From Gammaproteobacteria bacterium (GTDB lineage: Bacteria > Pseudomonadota > Gammaproteobacteria > Steroidobacterales > Rariloculaceae): DNA of 64,000 nucleotides. Under the pieces are notes generated by a model, which saw nothing but the letters and a program-made list of their open reading frames with translations, had not been told where the DNA came from and made no database searches. How positions within the stretch are numbered: the first letter of the stretch is position 1; each line of letters begins with the position of its first letter. The stretch is from assembly GCA_039933105.1 (NCBI GenBank), contig JBDTOT010000019.1, positions 14,524-78,523 on the forward strand. The letters are read 5' to 3'. The translations under genes were made by a program, and so were the position numbers. Below, piece by piece: positions 9,768 through 22,021 of the stretch.

Positions 9768-10835
9768 TTAGCCTTGTTCCAACAGGTTGCGCAGATCCGC
9801 GATGGCCGAGTGCGCGCGCGAGAGATACGACGCGAGCACGAGCGAGTGATTCGGAAATATGCCGTAGCCTTGGCCATTCAGAATCATCGGGCTGTGAACC
9901 GGTGCGAGGCCCTCCTCGAGCTCGCGAATCACCTGCCTCAGGCTCACGACCGCGTTTTTGTCCTCGAGCGTCTTCTCGAAGTCGAACTGGGCAGCGCGCA
10001 GGAAGATCAGCAGCGCCCAGGCCGTGCCGCGCGCTTCGTAGAACTCGTTGTCGATCTGGAGCCACGGTGTTTTGACGATCACGTCGGCGGGACCTTTGCT
10101 CGAACTCTCTCCCGCAGGCGCGCCGCTCAAATCCGTGTTCACCCGAATCTGGCCAACGCTGGCCGAGAGGCGCTGCGAGAGATTGCCGAGGCGCAGCTCG
10201 ACTACCGCAAGCCATTCGCGCAGGTTGTCAGCGCGTGCGAAGAACTGCGCGTTGCCGGGCGTGTCGTCGGTCAGTCGGTCGCGGTAGCGGCGCAGAGCGG
10301 TCGAGGCCTCGCGATATTTGCTCTCGGCCGGCGGCAGTAACCAGCTGCGATTGTCGGTGTTCAGCGCCGGTTCGGCGACGGCAAGATCGTCGTCCTCGAG
10401 CGACTGCGATTGCGAGCGGCTGTAGTAGTTGCGTAGCACGCGCGCGAGATCGCGACACTGCATCAGCACGCCGAACTCGAAGCTCGGCATGTTGTCGAGC
10501 CATAGGCCGGGCGGCAGCATATCGTTGCTGAGATAGCCGCCGGGTTTGTCGAGCATCCAGTCGATGGCGTCGATCAGCGTGTTGACCGTCGAGTAGCCGA
10601 CCACCGCGCGATGGCCTTCTGGCGTCTCGCGCACGACCCACAGCACGCTCGGCTCCCGCGACCAGTAGAAGCCGAGCGCCCAGAAACCCGCGGTAACGAC
10701 GAGCAACAACGTCAACGCCCAACGCCAACGGCGCCTGCGTCGCGGGGCAACAGGCGCTGCAGTGCTCGAAGTAGCTGCCGGCCCCGACGCAGGCGCGTTC
10801 GCGTTGCGACGGAGCCAGGAGGGCAGCAGCTGCAT
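9768..10835 (-). CDS. membrane-anchored conserved protein, DUF2333-like
   Basis: N-terminal TM helix (WRWALTLLLVVTAGFWALGFYW) and a large soluble domain. Size and layout resemble DUF2333 proteins. The assignment is from memory of the family and is not verified. Confidence 0.6.
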   Translation of the reverse strand: MQLLPSWLRRNANAPASGPAATSSTAAPVAPRRRRRWRWALTLLLVVTAGFWALGFYWSREPSVLWVVRETPEGHRAVVGYSTVNTLIDAIDWMLDKPGGYLSNDMLPPGLWLDNMPSFEFGVLMQCRDLARVLRNYYSRSQSQSLEDDDLAVAEPALNTDNRSWLLPPAESKYREASTALRRYRDRLTDDTPGNAQFFARADNLREWLAVVELRLGNLSQRLSASVGQIRVNTDLSGAPAGESSSKGPADVIVKTPWLQIDNEFYEARGTAWALLIFLRAAQFDFEKTLEDKNAVVSLRQVIRELEEGLAPVHSPMILNGQGYGIFPNHSLVLASYLSRAHSAIADLRNLLEQG

Positions 10836-10844
10836 CGAATCGGG

Positions 10845-13502
10845 CTACGCTGCGTGCTTGCTGGTGGCGAGCTGTCGCAACACGTACTGCAGGATGCCGC
10901 CGTGGATGAAGTAGTCCTGTTCCTTCGGCGTATCGATACGCACGATGGCCGTGAACTCCTTCTTCTTGCCGTCGGTGCCCACAGCCGTGACCTTCACTTC
11001 CTTCGCACGCTCGAGCCCCAATCCGACGATGTCGAACGTCTCGGTGCCCGTGAGACCCAAGCTCGCCGCGGTGTCACCTTCGCGATACTGCAGCGGCACC
11101 ACGCCCATGCCGATCAGGTTCGAGCGGTGGATGCGCTCGTAGCTCTCGGCGATAACGGCCTTCACGCCGAGCAGCGCCGTGCCCTTCGCGGCCCAATCAC
11201 GCGACGAGCCCGCGCCGTACTCTTTGCCGGCGAGGATGATCAGCGGCGTCTTGTCGGCCTGGTACTTCATCGACGCGTCATAGATCGATAGCTGCGCACC
11301 ACTCGGGATGTGCACGGTGATGCCACCTTCAGTGCCGGGCAGCAGGAGGTTTTTCAGGCGGATGTTCGCGAACGTTCCACGCACCATGACCTCGTGATTA
11401 CCGCGGCGTGCGCCGTAGGAGTTGAAGTCTTTCTTCGTGACGCCAAGGCTCTCGAGGTACTTCGCGGCGGGGCTGGTCGACGCGATGTTACCCGCAGGGG
11501 AGATGTGGTCCGTGGTGACGGAGTCGCCGAGCATTGCGAGCACGCGCGCACCTTTGACGTTCTGCGGCGTGCTGGTCTTCAGCGTCATGCCCTCGAAGTA
11601 AGGCGGGTGCTTGACGTAGGTCGAGCTGTCGCTCCACGTGAAGTTCTCCCCCTTGGGGGTGGCCACGGATTTCCAGTTCGCGTCGCCTTCGAAGACGCTC
11701 CCGTAGCTCTTCTTGAACTGTGCCGAAGTCACGTGCTTCGCGATCAGGTCGTGGATTTCCTTCGAGCTCGGCCAGACGTCTTTCAGGTACACCGGTTTGC
11801 CGTCGCTGCCGATCCCGAGGGGTTCCTTCGTGAGATCGAGCTTCATGTTACCGGCGATCGCATAGGCAACCACGAGGGGCGGCGATGCCAGGAAGTTCAT
11901 CTTCACTTGCGGATGAATGCGGCCCTCGAAGTTGCGGTTGCCCGACAGTACCGAGCACGCCACGACGTCGCTTTTCGCGAGCGCGGTTGCGATCTCGTCC
12001 GGCAGGGGGCCCGAGTTGCCGATGCACGTCGTACAGCCGTAGCCGACGAGGTTGAAACCCACCTTGTCGAGATCGCCCATCAGGTTGCAGGCCGTGAGGT
12101 AATCGGTGACGACTTTCGACCCCGGCGCGAGGCTCGTCTTGACCCAGGGCTTGCGCGTGAGGCCTCTCGCCGCAGCGTTGCGCGCAAGCAGACCCGCGCC
12201 GACCATGACGGCCGGGTTCGACGTGTTCGTGCAGCTCGTGATGGCGGCGATCACGACCGCGCCGTCCTCGAGGTCGAACTTCTGCGCGCCGGCCGTGACG
12301 GGCGCCTTCGTACCCTTGCCGGCGGCCTTCAGCAGGTCGCGGATTTTGCCGCCCGCGCCGTTTAGCGCGATGCGATCCTGGGGACGCTTCGGACCTGCGA
12401 TGCTCGGTTCGACCGCGCCGAGATCGAGTTGCAGCACGCTGCTATAGCGCGCGACCGTCGCGGTGCGCCAGAGGCCCTGGGCCTTCGCGTACTGCTCCAC
12501 GAGATCGATCTGCTCGCGCGAGCGACCGGAGAGTTCGAGGTAGCGCAGCGTCTCGGCGTCGATCGGAAACACGGCGCACGTGCTGCCGAATTCCGGTGAC
12601 ATGTTGCCGATCGTGGCGCGGTCCGCGAGCGGCAGGCCGTCGAGCCCGTCGCCGAAGAACTCGACGAACTTACCGACGACGCCGTGCTTGCGCAGCATTT
12701 CCGTGACCATCAGCACGAGGTCGGTGGCGGTTGCGCCTTCGGCAAGCTTGCCCTTGAGCTCGAAGCCCACGACCTGCGGAATCAGCATCGTGATGGGCTG
12801 GCCCAGCATCGCGGCCTCCGCCTCGATGCCGCCCACACCCCAACCGAGAATGCCGAGGCCGTTGATCATCGTCGTGTGCGAGTCGGTGCCGACCAGCGAG
12901 TCGGGATACGCGTAGCTGTCGTCGCCGACTTGCTTCTCGAACACCACGCGGCTCAGGTACTCGAGGTTCACCTGGTGCACGATGCCGGTGTTAGGCGGCA
13001 CCACGCGGAAGTTCTGAAACGCCGTCTGCCCCCAGCGCAGGAAGCCATAGCGCTCCTGGTTGCGCTCGAACTCCACGGCGTTGTTCTTGGACAGCGCGTC
13101 CTGCGTGCCGAAGTAGTCCACCTGCACCGAGTGATCGATCACGAGTTCGGCCGGGGAAAGCGGGTTGATCATGGAGGCCTTGCCGCCGAGTTTGACGACG
13201 GCGTCGCGCATCGCGGCCAGGTCCACCACCGCCGGCACGCCTGTGAAGTCCTGCAAGACCACGCGCGCGGGCGTAAACGAAATTTCCCGGTCCGGCTCGA
13301 CCTTGGGGTCCCAATTCGCAAGCGCCGTGATGTCGGCCGCCGTGATGTTGGCGCCGTCCTCGAACCGCAGCAGGTTCTCGAGCAGGATCTTCAGCGTATA
13401 CGGCAGTGTGGCGACGGCGCCTTTGACGGCGTCGAGACGATAGATCTGATAGGTCTTGGCGCCGACCTTTAGGGGTTTGCGCGCGCCGAAAGAGTCGGTC
13501 AT
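10845..13502 (-). CDS. acnA: aconitate hydratase A
   Basis: 885 aa. Fe-S ligand motifs [10 protein letters not shown] and [13 protein letters not shown], a C-terminal swivel domain, and the typical start [14 protein letters not shown]. Confidence 0.96.
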   Translation of the reverse strand: MTDSFGARKPLKVGAKTYQIYRLDAVKGAVATLPYTLKILLENLLRFEDGANITAADITALANWDPKVEPDREISFTPARVVLQDFTGVPAVVDLAAMRDAVVKLGGKASMINPLSPAELVIDHSVQVDYFGTQDALSKNNAVEFERNQERYGFLRWGQTAFQNFRVVPPNTGIVHQVNLEYLSRVVFEKQVGDDSYAYPDSLVGTDSHTTMINGLGILGWGVGGIEAEAAMLGQPITMLIPQVVGFELKGKLAEGATATDLVLMVTEMLRKHGVVGKFVEFFGDGLDGLPLADRATIGNMSPEFGSTCAVFPIDAETLRYLELSGRSREQIDLVEQYAKAQGLWRTATVARYSSVLQLDLGAVEPSIAGPKRPQDRIALNGAGGKIRDLLKAAGKGTKAPVTAGAQKFDLEDGAVVIAAITSCTNTSNPAVMVGAGLLARNAAARGLTRKPWVKTSLAPGSKVVTDYLTACNLMGDLDKVGFNLVGYGCTTCIGNSGPLPDEIATALAKSDVVACSVLSGNRNFEGRIHPQVKMNFLASPPLVVAYAIAGNMKLDLTKEPLGIGSDGKPVYLKDVWPSSKEIHDLIAKHVTSAQFKKSYGSVFEGDANWKSVATPKGENFTWSDSSTYVKHPPYFEGMTLKTSTPQNVKGARVLAMLGDSVTTDHISPAGNIASTSPAAKYLESLGVTKKDFNSYGARRGNHEVMVRGTFANIRLKNLLLPGTEGGITVHIPSGAQLSIYDASMKYQADKTPLIILAGKEYGAGSSRDWAAKGTALLGVKAVIAESYERIHRSNLIGMGVVPLQYREGDTAASLGLTGTETFDIVGLGLERAKEVKVTAVGTDGKKKEFTAIVRIDTPKEQDYFIHGGILQYVLRQLATSKHAA

Positions 13503-13578
13503 TGGAGCCTCGGGGTGTCGCGATGAAAACCAGCGCGATTATAAACGCGAAGCGCTCGAATGCGCGCGGGTTCGAGGC

Positions 13579-14700
13579 TCAACACGCGGCGCGCAGCTCG
13601 ATCATCTGGCGACCGCCGTGTTCGATTTGGGCGCCTCCGAGGCACACGTCGCCGTCGTAGAACGCCACGAACTGGCCCGGCGTAGGGGTGCGCTGCGGCT
13701 GCTCGAAGCTGACCTCGAGCATGCCGCTGGCCAATCGGCGCACGCTGCAGGTCTGATCGGCCTGCCGGTAGCGAATCTTCGCGTGGCCTCGCCACGGCTC
13801 GCCGCGCTGCCACTCACGCGGTGGCGCGCCAATCCAGTGCGGTGCGGCGGCCGTGAGCGCTCGGCTGTGCAGCAGCGGATGCTCGTGGCCCTGCACGACT
13901 ATCAGTTCGTTGCGCTCGGCGTCCTTGCCGGAGACATACCACGGTGCGGCATCGCCGTCCGCTGTGCCGCCGATGTGGAGGCCGTGGCGCTGGCCAAGTG
14001 TGTAGTACGCGAGCCCCTGATGCCGGCCGCGTTCGCGACCTTCATCGTCGCGAATGACGCCTGGCGATTCCGGGAGGTAGGCGTGCAGGAATTCGGCGAA
14101 CGGCCGCTCGCCGATGAAGCAGATGCCGGTGCTGTCCTTCTTTTCCGCGACCGGTAACCGAGCGCGGCGCGCGACATCGCGCACTTCGCTCTTCAGCAGA
14201 TCGCCGAGCGGGAACACGATGTCGGCGAGGTCTTTCGCGGCCACGGCGTGTAGGAAGTAGCTTTGATCCTTGCCTGGGTCGCGCGCTTTGCGAAGCTGTG
14301 GCACGCCGTCGACGACCTCGAGCCGCGCATAGTGACCGGTTGCGATTTGCGTGGCGCCGAGGCGCTGCGCATAGCGGCGCATGACGCCGAACTTGATCTG
14401 GCGGTTGCACAGCACGTCCGGATTCGGCGTGCGGCCCTTGCGGTGCTCGTCCAAAAAGTCAGCAAACACTTGTTCCCGGTACTCGCGCGCAAAGTTCACG
14501 CGGTGCAGCGACAGGCCGAGCTCCAGGCAAACCTGGCGGGCGTCGTGGAAGTCGCGCGCGTTGTCGCAGTAACCGTCGTCTTCCCAGTTGCTCATGTGCA
14601 GGCACTGCACGGCGTGCCCCGCGTCCCGCAGCAGCAATGCGGCAACGGCGGAATCTACGCCGCCCGACAGCGCAACGATGGTCAATGGTGTGCCCGGCAT
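13579..14700 (-). CDS. mnmA: tRNA 2-thiouridine(34) synthase
   Basis: PP-loop ALSGGVDSAVAA, NPDVLCN, DQSYFL and the usual ~370-aa length. Confidence 0.94.
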   Translation of the reverse strand: MPGTPLTIVALSGGVDSAVAALLLRDAGHAVQCLHMSNWEDDGYCDNARDFHDARQVCLELGLSLHRVNFAREYREQVFADFLDEHRKGRTPNPDVLCNRQIKFGVMRRYAQRLGATQIATGHYARLEVVDGVPQLRKARDPGKDQSYFLHAVAAKDLADIVFPLGDLLKSEVRDVARRARLPVAEKKDSTGICFIGERPFAEFLHAYLPESPGVIRDDEGRERGRHQGLAYYTLGQRHGLHIGGTADGDAAPWYVSGKDAERNELIVVQGHEHPLLHSRALTAAAPHWIGAPPREWQRGEPWRGHAKIRYRQADQTCSVRRLASGMLEVSFEQPQRTPTPGQFVAFYDGDVCLGGAQIEHGGRQMIELRAAC

Positions 14701-14735
14701 GCTGCGATTCTAGCAGCGGGGCGCGAAACGGCAGG

Positions 14736-15215
14736 TCAGCCGTGCGCCGTTTGGCTCGGCGCGAGGGCGTCGGGCCGGAGATAGACCAGGCAGTCAAGAG
14801 GGTGCCGATGGCAGGCGAGATAGTCATCGAAGCAACGGAGCACGGTCGGGCTGCGTAGTTGAGCGCTGCGCTTCAAGAGCTGCTCGCGCGACAACCAATG
14901 CACGCCGACGATCCCCTCGTCGAGGGTTGCGGGCCCCAGCGGAGGCTCGGCGGTGCCGCAGAACGCAACTCGGAGGAACGTGGTGCCCGAGTCCGCGCGC
15001 CACAGGTAGAACCCAACGATCGCGGCTGGAGTGAATTGGTGCCCGGTTTCCTCGAAAGCCTCGCGGGCGACAGCGGCGAGTAGCGACTCGCCGTGTTCGA
15101 GATGGCCCGCCGGCTGGTTCAGCACCAGGCGCCCGGCGCACTTCTCCTCCACGAGCAAGAAACGGCCATCGCGTTCGATGATGGCGGCGACAGTGACGTC
15201 GATGTCGTGTGCCAT
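14736..15215 (-). CDS. NUDIX hydrolase
   Basis: Nudix box GHLEHGESLLAAVAREAFEETGH. Lies next to mnmA, as nudJ does in E. coli. Confidence 0.85.
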   Translation of the reverse strand: MAHDIDVTVAAIIERDGRFLLVEEKCAGRLVLNQPAGHLEHGESLLAAVAREAFEETGHQFTPAAIVGFYLWRADSGTTFLRVAFCGTAEPPLGPATLDEGIVGVHWLSREQLLKRSAQLRSPTVLRCFDDYLACHRHPLDCLVYLRPDALAPSQTAHG

Positions 15216-15251
15216 GGGAACCTTCGTGAACGTTCGGTCGAGCAGGGGCGA

Positions 15252-15761
15252 TTATATTTGAAGTTGGCGCAGCTCGGGCTCGATCTCGCAGGCGTTCCAG
15301 AGGGTTTCGAACTTGTTCAAGTACAGCCGCGCGATGGCTGGCGCATTCGTGTCCGACATTCCTTCCCAGCGGTCTGCCTGGGGCCGATACATGAGCGCGA
15401 GCTCATCGGCGATGCAGAACGCCTCGGGGTGCGCGGCGTGCTGGCCCTTGCCATTGCGGAACTCGATATAGCTATTGAGCCGTCGCCCCATGTTGACGAA
15501 CCGGCTCGCGGTCGTGATGACCCGCGTCGGGTCCACCACGAGCACGCGCACGCGTGCGAAGCCGCGCGACAGAATGAAACGCTTCAGCGTGTCGAGGAAG
15601 ACGTCGTGATCGTAGATTGCGGGCTCGAGATCGTGCGTAAAGATCGAGAGGGTACGGTTCGCGAGCCCTGTGACCTCTACGACCGCCGCACGTACTTCGT
15701 CCAGGCTCGACAGGACCTGTCGGACGCCTTTGGTCTTGGTGTGCTCGCTCGGCGCTGCCAT
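15252..15761 (-). CDS. conserved hypothetical protein
   Basis: 169-aa ORF between purB and the Nudix gene with protein-like composition. It does not resemble HflD, which occupies this position in E. coli. Confidence 0.6.
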   Translation of the reverse strand: MAAPSEHTKTKGVRQVLSSLDEVRAAVVEVTGLANRTLSIFTHDLEPAIYDHDVFLDTLKRFILSRGFARVRVLVVDPTRVITTASRFVNMGRRLNSYIEFRNGKGQHAAHPEAFCIADELALMYRPQADRWEGMSDTNAPAIARLYLNKFETLWNACEIEPELRQLQI

Positions 15762-15859
15762 GAAAAATTAGCTCGCTGACTTGCCAGTCAGTTTACTTAA
15801 CGGCACGGGGGCGGCTGTGCCGCGGGTCACGGTTTTTTCGCGGTCAGCCCTAAACGAGA

Positions 15860-17269
<1,410 letters not shown>

Positions 17270-17318
17270 TCATAAACGATCCTTACCGCGCTGATTCTTT
17301 TATTTCTTAGGAGTGTGC

Positions 17319-18725
17319 ATGACGGCCGAGTTTCGAGTCGAACGCGACAGCATGGGCGAGCTGAAGGTACCGGCGAACGCTTTGTGGGGTGCGCAGACGC
17401 AGCGCGCCGTGAACAATTTTCCGATCAGTGGCTTGCCGATGCCGCCGGCGTTCGTGCGTGCCCTTGGCCTGGTGAAGTGGGCTGCTGCCGACGCGAACAA
17501 AAGCCTGCGTCTTCTGTCGGCGCCGATCGCGAAGGCGATCCAGGGCGTGGCTCTAGAGATCGCGAACGGCAAGCATCTCGACCAATTCCCGATCGACGTG
17601 TTTCAGACCGGCTCGGGCACGAGCTCGAACATGAATGCGAACGAAGTCATCGCAAAACTGGCGTCGAAAGCGCTGGGCAAACCCGTGCACGCGAATGACC
17701 ACGTGAACATGTGTCAGAGCAGCAACGACGTCATCCCGTCCACGATCCATGTCAGCGCGGCGCTCGAGATCACCGGCAAGCTGCTGCCTGCGCTCGAGCA
17801 CTTGCAGAAGACGATCAACAAGAAAGCGAAGAGCGTCGCGGGCATCGTGAAGACGGGCCGCACGCACCTGATGGACGCGATGCCGGTGCGCCTCGATCAG
17901 GAACTCGGTGGCTGGTCCGCTCAGATCCTGAGCAACATTTTCAGGCTCAAGAGTTCACTGCCGCGTCTCACCGGGCTCACACAGGGCGGCACGGCCGTCG
18001 GCACGGGTATCAACGCGCACCCCGAGTTCTCTGCAAAGTTCTGCGCTGCGCTCGCGAAACGCACGGACGTGGGCTTCCATCCGCTCGACAACTTCTTCGA
18101 AGCCATGAGCTCGCAGGATACGGCCGTCGAGGTGTCGGGGCAGCTGAAGACCACGGCCGTGAGTCTCATGAAAATTGCCAACGACCTGCGCTGGATGAAT
18201 AGCGGCCCGCTCGCTGGGCTCGGGGAGATTGCATTGCCCGCGCTGCAGCCCGGCAGCAGCATCATGCCCGGCAAGGTGAATCCGGTGATCCCCGAAGCGG
18301 TGGCGATGGTCGCTGCGCAGGTCATCGGCAACGACGCGACGATTACGATCGCGGGCCAGTCCGGCAACTTTCAGCTGAACGTCATGCTGCCGGTGGTGGC
18401 GCTGAACCTGCTCCAAAGCATCGAGATTCTCGCCAACGCTGCGCGTGTGTTGGCGGATTCCGCGATCGCGGGTTTCACCGTGAACAAGGCGCGGCTCGAT
18501 GAGGCGCTGGAGCGCAATCCGATCCTCGTCACCGCCCTGAATTCTGTGATCGGCTACGACAAAGGCGCCGCGATCGCGAAGCAGGCTTACAAAGAAGGCC
18601 GTGCGATCCGCGAAGTCGCGAGCGAGGCAACCGATTTGGGCGACGCGAAGCTGAAGAAGCTTCTCGACCCGCTCGAGCTGACGAAGGGCGGCATCAAGGG
18701 CGAGGCTGGCGGCGGAGGCGGCTGA
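17319..18725 (+). CDS. fumC: class II fumarate hydratase
   Basis: Signature GSSIMPGKVNPVIPE and the start MTAEFRVERDSMGEL. AGGAG lies 5 nt upstream of ATG 17319. Confidence 0.95.
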   Translation: MTAEFRVERDSMGELKVPANALWGAQTQRAVNNFPISGLPMPPAFVRALGLVKWAAADANKSLRLLSAPIAKAIQGVALEIANGKHLDQFPIDVFQTGSGTSSNMNANEVIAKLASKALGKPVHANDHVNMCQSSNDVIPSTIHVSAALEITGKLLPALEHLQKTINKKAKSVAGIVKTGRTHLMDAMPVRLDQELGGWSAQILSNIFRLKSSLPRLTGLTQGGTAVGTGINAHPEFSAKFCAALAKRTDVGFHPLDNFFEAMSSQDTAVEVSGQLKTTAVSLMKIANDLRWMNSGPLAGLGEIALPALQPGSSIMPGKVNPVIPEAVAMVAAQVIGNDATITIAGQSGNFQLNVMLPVVALNLLQSIEILANAARVLADSAIAGFTVNKARLDEALERNPILVTALNSVIGYDKGAAIAKQAYKEGRAIREVASEATDLGDAKLKKLLDPLELTKGGIKGEAGGGGG

Positions 18726-18746
18726 CAGCCGCCGCATCACGGAGCG

Positions 18747-19379
18747 ATGAGCGGCGCACTTACCCTGGAGATGATTCGCCGGCGCGTCGCGGCGCCGCGT
18801 GCGCCGGTCGATCCGCGTGCGCGCATGTTGGTCAATGTCGATGGGCCGATCTCACCCGCGTTGCGCGCCGCGATCGACAGCCCGGGCCGCGCGGCATCGG
18901 TGCTGCTGATGCTCGTCGAACGTGCGGCGGGACTCACGGTGGTGTTTACGGAGCGTGCGGCGCACCTGAAAGACCATGCTGGTCAGGTCAGCCTTCCCGG
19001 TGGCCGGATCCGCACGGGCGAGAGCGCCGTCGACGCTGCGCTGCGCGAGGCGCACGAGGAGATCGACCTTCAGCCGAGCGACGTGGAGGTGCTCGGTGCG
19101 CTCGACGAGCTTCTGACGGGAACCGGGTTTCTGATCAAGCCGGTCGTGGGCTACGTTGCGGCGGGACCGTTCGTCGCCACCCCGGACCCGACGGAAGTTG
19201 CGAGTGTGTTCGAGGTGCCGCTCACTTTCATCGCGAACCCGAAGAACATCACGGCGACGTATCGTGAACGTCTCGGGGCGCGCTTTCGGACCCACGAGCT
19301 GCATCATTCCGGCCATCGAATCTGGGGCGCGACCGCCGCGATCTTGGTGAATTTCACGGACATCATTTCCAATGAATAA
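18747..19379 (+). CDS. CoA pyrophosphatase (NUDIX, NudL-like)
   Basis: NuCoA-like segment VFTERAAHLKDHAGQVSLPGG followed by Nudix box GRIRTGESAVDAALREAHEEIDL. Confidence 0.85.
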   Translation: MSGALTLEMIRRRVAAPRAPVDPRARMLVNVDGPISPALRAAIDSPGRAASVLLMLVERAAGLTVVFTERAAHLKDHAGQVSLPGGRIRTGESAVDAALREAHEEIDLQPSDVEVLGALDELLTGTGFLIKPVVGYVAAGPFVATPDPTEVASVFEVPLTFIANPKNITATYRERLGARFRTHELHHSGHRIWGATAAILVNFTDIISNE

Positions 19380-20169
19380 ACAAATGGATGTCCAGAGTAT
19401 CGAGAAACTTCTGAAGATCATGGGACGGCTGCGCGATCCGCAGGGCGGCTGTCCGTGGGACCGCGAGCAAACATTCGCAACCCTCGCGCCGTACACGATC
19501 GAAGAAGCCTATGAGGCGGCCGATGCGATCGAGCGCGCAGCGCTGGGTGAGCTCAAGAGCGAGCTCGGCGATCTACTGTTTCAGGTGGTGTTCCACGCGC
19601 GCCTGGCGGAAGAGGCCGGGCTGTTCGACTTCGAAGCGGTGGCGGCCGATATCTGCGCCAAGCTCGAGCGGCGGCATCCGCATGTGTTCGGGGATGCAGA
19701 GGTCAGGGACAGCGCCGAGCAGACGCGGGTCTGGGAGGACATCAAACGCCAGGAGCGAGCGACTGCCGGCGCGCTAGGCCTGCTAGATGACGTGCCCACT
19801 ACGCTGCCGGGCTTGAGCCGCGCCGTGAAGCTCGGCAAACGCGCCGCCACGGTCGGCTTCGATTGGCCGGATACCGCAGGAGTGCGCGCGAAAGTTGCGG
19901 AAGAGATCGGCGAGCTCGATGCCGCGGTCGCCACCGGCACCGAGGCGGAGGTCGCCGCCGAAATGGGCGATCTGCTATTCACGATCGCGAACTGGTGCCG
20001 CCATCTGAATCTCGACCCCGACGCCTGCGTGCGCTCTGCGAACGGCCGATTCGCTCGCCGATTCCGCGCGGTGGAGGCTGGCGTCGCCACCAGCGGCCGG
20101 GGCTGGGACACGCACGATGCTGCCGCACTCGACGAGCTCTGGCGTCTGGCAAAGGCCGGGGAAGCCTGA
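19372..20169 (+). CDS. mazG: nucleoside triphosphate pyrophosphohydrolase
   Basis: GCPWDREQTF plus two MazG repeats (ELGDLLFQVVFHA, EMGDLLFTIANW). Overlaps the upstream gene by 8 nt. Confidence 0.92.
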   Translation: MNKQMDVQSIEKLLKIMGRLRDPQGGCPWDREQTFATLAPYTIEEAYEAADAIERAALGELKSELGDLLFQVVFHARLAEEAGLFDFEAVAADICAKLERRHPHVFGDAEVRDSAEQTRVWEDIKRQERATAGALGLLDDVPTTLPGLSRAVKLGKRAATVGFDWPDTAGVRAKVAEEIGELDAAVATGTEAEVAAEMGDLLFTIANWCRHLNLDPDACVRSANGRFARRFRAVEAGVATSGRGWDTHDAAALDELWRLAKAGEA

Positions 20170-20268
20170 CAGGACGAGGCTTTCCGGCATTCAGGTTTGA
20201 TTCAGCGCCTCGCCGCTAATCTGCCCTCCAAGGTCCCAAGTGGGACGCAGATGGGAAGGAGAAGAGGC

Positions 20269-20814
20269 ATGGTCAAGACGATAACAACCGTTGCAGTGAT
20301 CGGTCTCTTGGGCGCGAATGCTGCGTTTGCCGGCCATGACGACGACCGGGGATACGGTCATCGCGGACCGGAAGTCGCCTACGGCCGTGTCATCGACGTC
20401 GACCCCATCACCCACTACGCGACCGTCAATCAGCCGCGGCAGGAATGCCGTGACGAATACGTCCGGCAGCAACCGGGTGTCGCGGGTCCCACGGCCGCGG
20501 GTGCGGTCATCGGCGCCGCAATCGGCCGGCAGTTTGGCGGCGGCAGTGGCCGAGATCTGGCGACCGCAGCGGGTGCGGTCGCGGGCGGCCTCATCGCCAA
20601 CCAACGTGCGCAGCGCAACCAAGGGTACCGAGAGGTTCCGGTGGAGCGTTGCCGGGTCGTGAACGAGCGCGTCACCGAGCGCGTCGTCGACGGCTACAAC
20701 GTGACTTACGTGTACCAGGGCCGTCGGTACGTGACGCGAACGGCTACGCCCCCGGGCGACCGCATCGAGCTCGCCGTCGACGTGCGCCCGGTCGGTTACA
20801 CGACGTGGCGTTGA
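20269..20814 (+). CDS. glycine-zipper 2TM domain exported protein
   Basis: RBS GGAAGGAGAAGAGG precedes ATG 20269. Signal peptide MVKTITTVAVIGLLGANAAFA. Glycine zipper GAVIGAAIGRQFGGGSGRDLATAAGAVAGGLIA. Confidence 0.75.
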   Translation: MVKTITTVAVIGLLGANAAFAGHDDDRGYGHRGPEVAYGRVIDVDPITHYATVNQPRQECRDEYVRQQPGVAGPTAAGAVIGAAIGRQFGGGSGRDLATAAGAVAGGLIANQRAQRNQGYREVPVERCRVVNERVTERVVDGYNVTYVYQGRRYVTRTATPPGDRIELAVDVRPVGYTTWR

Positions 20815-20842
20815 GCTCGGCGCATGATGAGCCGGTGCTCTG

Positions 20843-20872
20843 GGGCGGGCGAAAGGCCCGCCCACTTTTTTT
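20843..20872 (+). terminator. rho-independent terminator
   Basis: GGGCGGGC-GAAA-GGCCCGCCC stem-loop followed by ACTTTTTTT, 29 nt after the stop of the glycine-zipper gene. Confidence 0.85.
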
Positions 20873-20956
20873 CGAACGGTCCGCGCTAGTGGGTTCCTTG
20901 ACGCGGACCGAGGGCCGAACCCAAGCTTGGCGACGGGTAATGACCACCCGGAACGG

Positions 20957-21307
20957 ATGGCAGTGGTGAACGGAATCAACAATTGGAACGTACGGTGGTT
21001 GAGGCGCGGCTTCGGGTGCTGTGCCGTGGTCGCCGTTCTACTCGCCGCTGGCGGCGCGCTCGCTCAACCGCGCCAGGCACTCACGCAATTCGACAGCGAG
21101 TCGCCAATCAAGGCGTTCGCTGCCCAGCGCGGCGGCGTCTCGCTCGGCCAGGCGACGTCAATGGCGCGGGGCCGTTATCCCGGTCGTGTCGTGCGCGCCG
21201 AGACCGTCATGATGGGCGATCGCGTCGTGCACGAAATCCGGATTCTCGGCGACGACGGCCGTGTGCGTACTGTCCGCGTCGATGCGCAGACCGGCGCCTT
21301 CATGTGA
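20957..21307 (+). CDS. PepSY domain-containing periplasmic protein
   Basis: Signal/TM segment CCAVVAVLLAAGGALA followed by a PepSY-like core (VSLGQATSMARGRYPGRVVRAETVMMGDRVVHEIRILGDDGRVRTVRVDAQTG). Lies directly upstream of a response regulator/histidine kinase pair. Confidence 0.75.
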   Translation: MAVVNGINNWNVRWLRRGFGCCAVVAVLLAAGGALAQPRQALTQFDSESPIKAFAAQRGGVSLGQATSMARGRYPGRVVRAETVMMGDRVVHEIRILGDDGRVRTVRVDAQTGAFM

Positions 21308-21317
21308 CGACAGCCTC

Positions 21318-22010
21318 ATGCGCCTGCTGCTCGTAGAAGACGATCCGAACCTGAACCGCGCGCTCGCTGCGCAGCTGGAGCAGGCGGGTTACGTCGTCGA
21401 TCGCGCCGCGGATGGTGAGGAAGGTCTCTACCTCGCCCGCGAATACCCCGTGAACCTCGCGATCGTGGATCTTGGTCTGCCGAAGCTGTCCGGCGTCGAG
21501 CTGATAAAGCAACTACGCGCCGACGGCAAGTCGTACCCGGTGCTCGTTCTGACGGCGCGTGATCGCTGGCAGGACAAAGTGGAAGTGCTGAAGCTCGGCG
21601 CGGACGACTACGTCGTCAAACCGTTCAACGTCGAGGAACTGCTCGCGCGCGTCGATGCGCTGCTGCGCCGCGCCTCCGGTTGGGCGCAGTCGGAACTCGT
21701 GTGCGGACCGATCGTGCTCGACACCCGCACGCAGGAAGTCAAAGTCAAAGGCCAGAAGCTCGAGCTCACGAGCTTCGAATACAAGCTGCTCGAATACCTG
21801 ATGCTGCACGCGGGAGAGGTGCTGTCGAAAACGCAGATCACCGAGGCGTTGTATAGCGAGGACTTCGAGCGCGACAGCAACGTCATCGAGGTGTTCATCG
21901 GGCGGCTGCGGCGCAAGCTCGACCCGGACGACGAGTACAAGCCGATCGAGACTCTGCGCGGTCGTGGCTATCGCCTAGCGGTAGCCCGCGGCGCGCCGCC
22001 GTCCGACTGA
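21318..22010 (+). CDS. OmpR/PhoB-family response regulator
   Basis: Receiver domain begins MRLLLVEDDPNL (ATG 21318). Winged-helix C-terminus ETLRGRGYRL. Confidence 0.92.
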   Translation: MRLLLVEDDPNLNRALAAQLEQAGYVVDRAADGEEGLYLAREYPVNLAIVDLGLPKLSGVELIKQLRADGKSYPVLVLTARDRWQDKVEVLKLGADDYVVKPFNVEELLARVDALLRRASGWAQSELVCGPIVLDTRTQEVKVKGQKLELTSFEYKLLEYLMLHAGEVLSKTQITEALYSEDFERDSNVIEVFIGRLRRKLDPDDEYKPIETLRGRGYRLAVARGAPPSD

Positions 22011-22021
22011 GCGCGCCACTC

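Noticed and set aside
9439-10215. N-terminal 260 codons of the 397-aa ORF 9022..10215 (-), and many other long Arg/Ala/Pro-rich ORFs in the track (e.g. 23113..24414 -, 25815..26792 -, 4350..5462 -, 50650..51270 -).
   Set aside because: They lie antisense to or out of frame with genes that carry unmistakable family motifs. Their products are low-complexity Arg/Ala/Pro/Ser strings. Stop-codon-poor off-frames are expected in high-GC DNA.
15252-15761. Expected HflD between purB and mnmA, as in E. coli.
   Set aside because: The 169-aa product shows no resemblance to the HflD sequence as I recall it, and the local gene order (purB, unknown, Nudix, mnmA) differs. Kept as a hypothetical protein.
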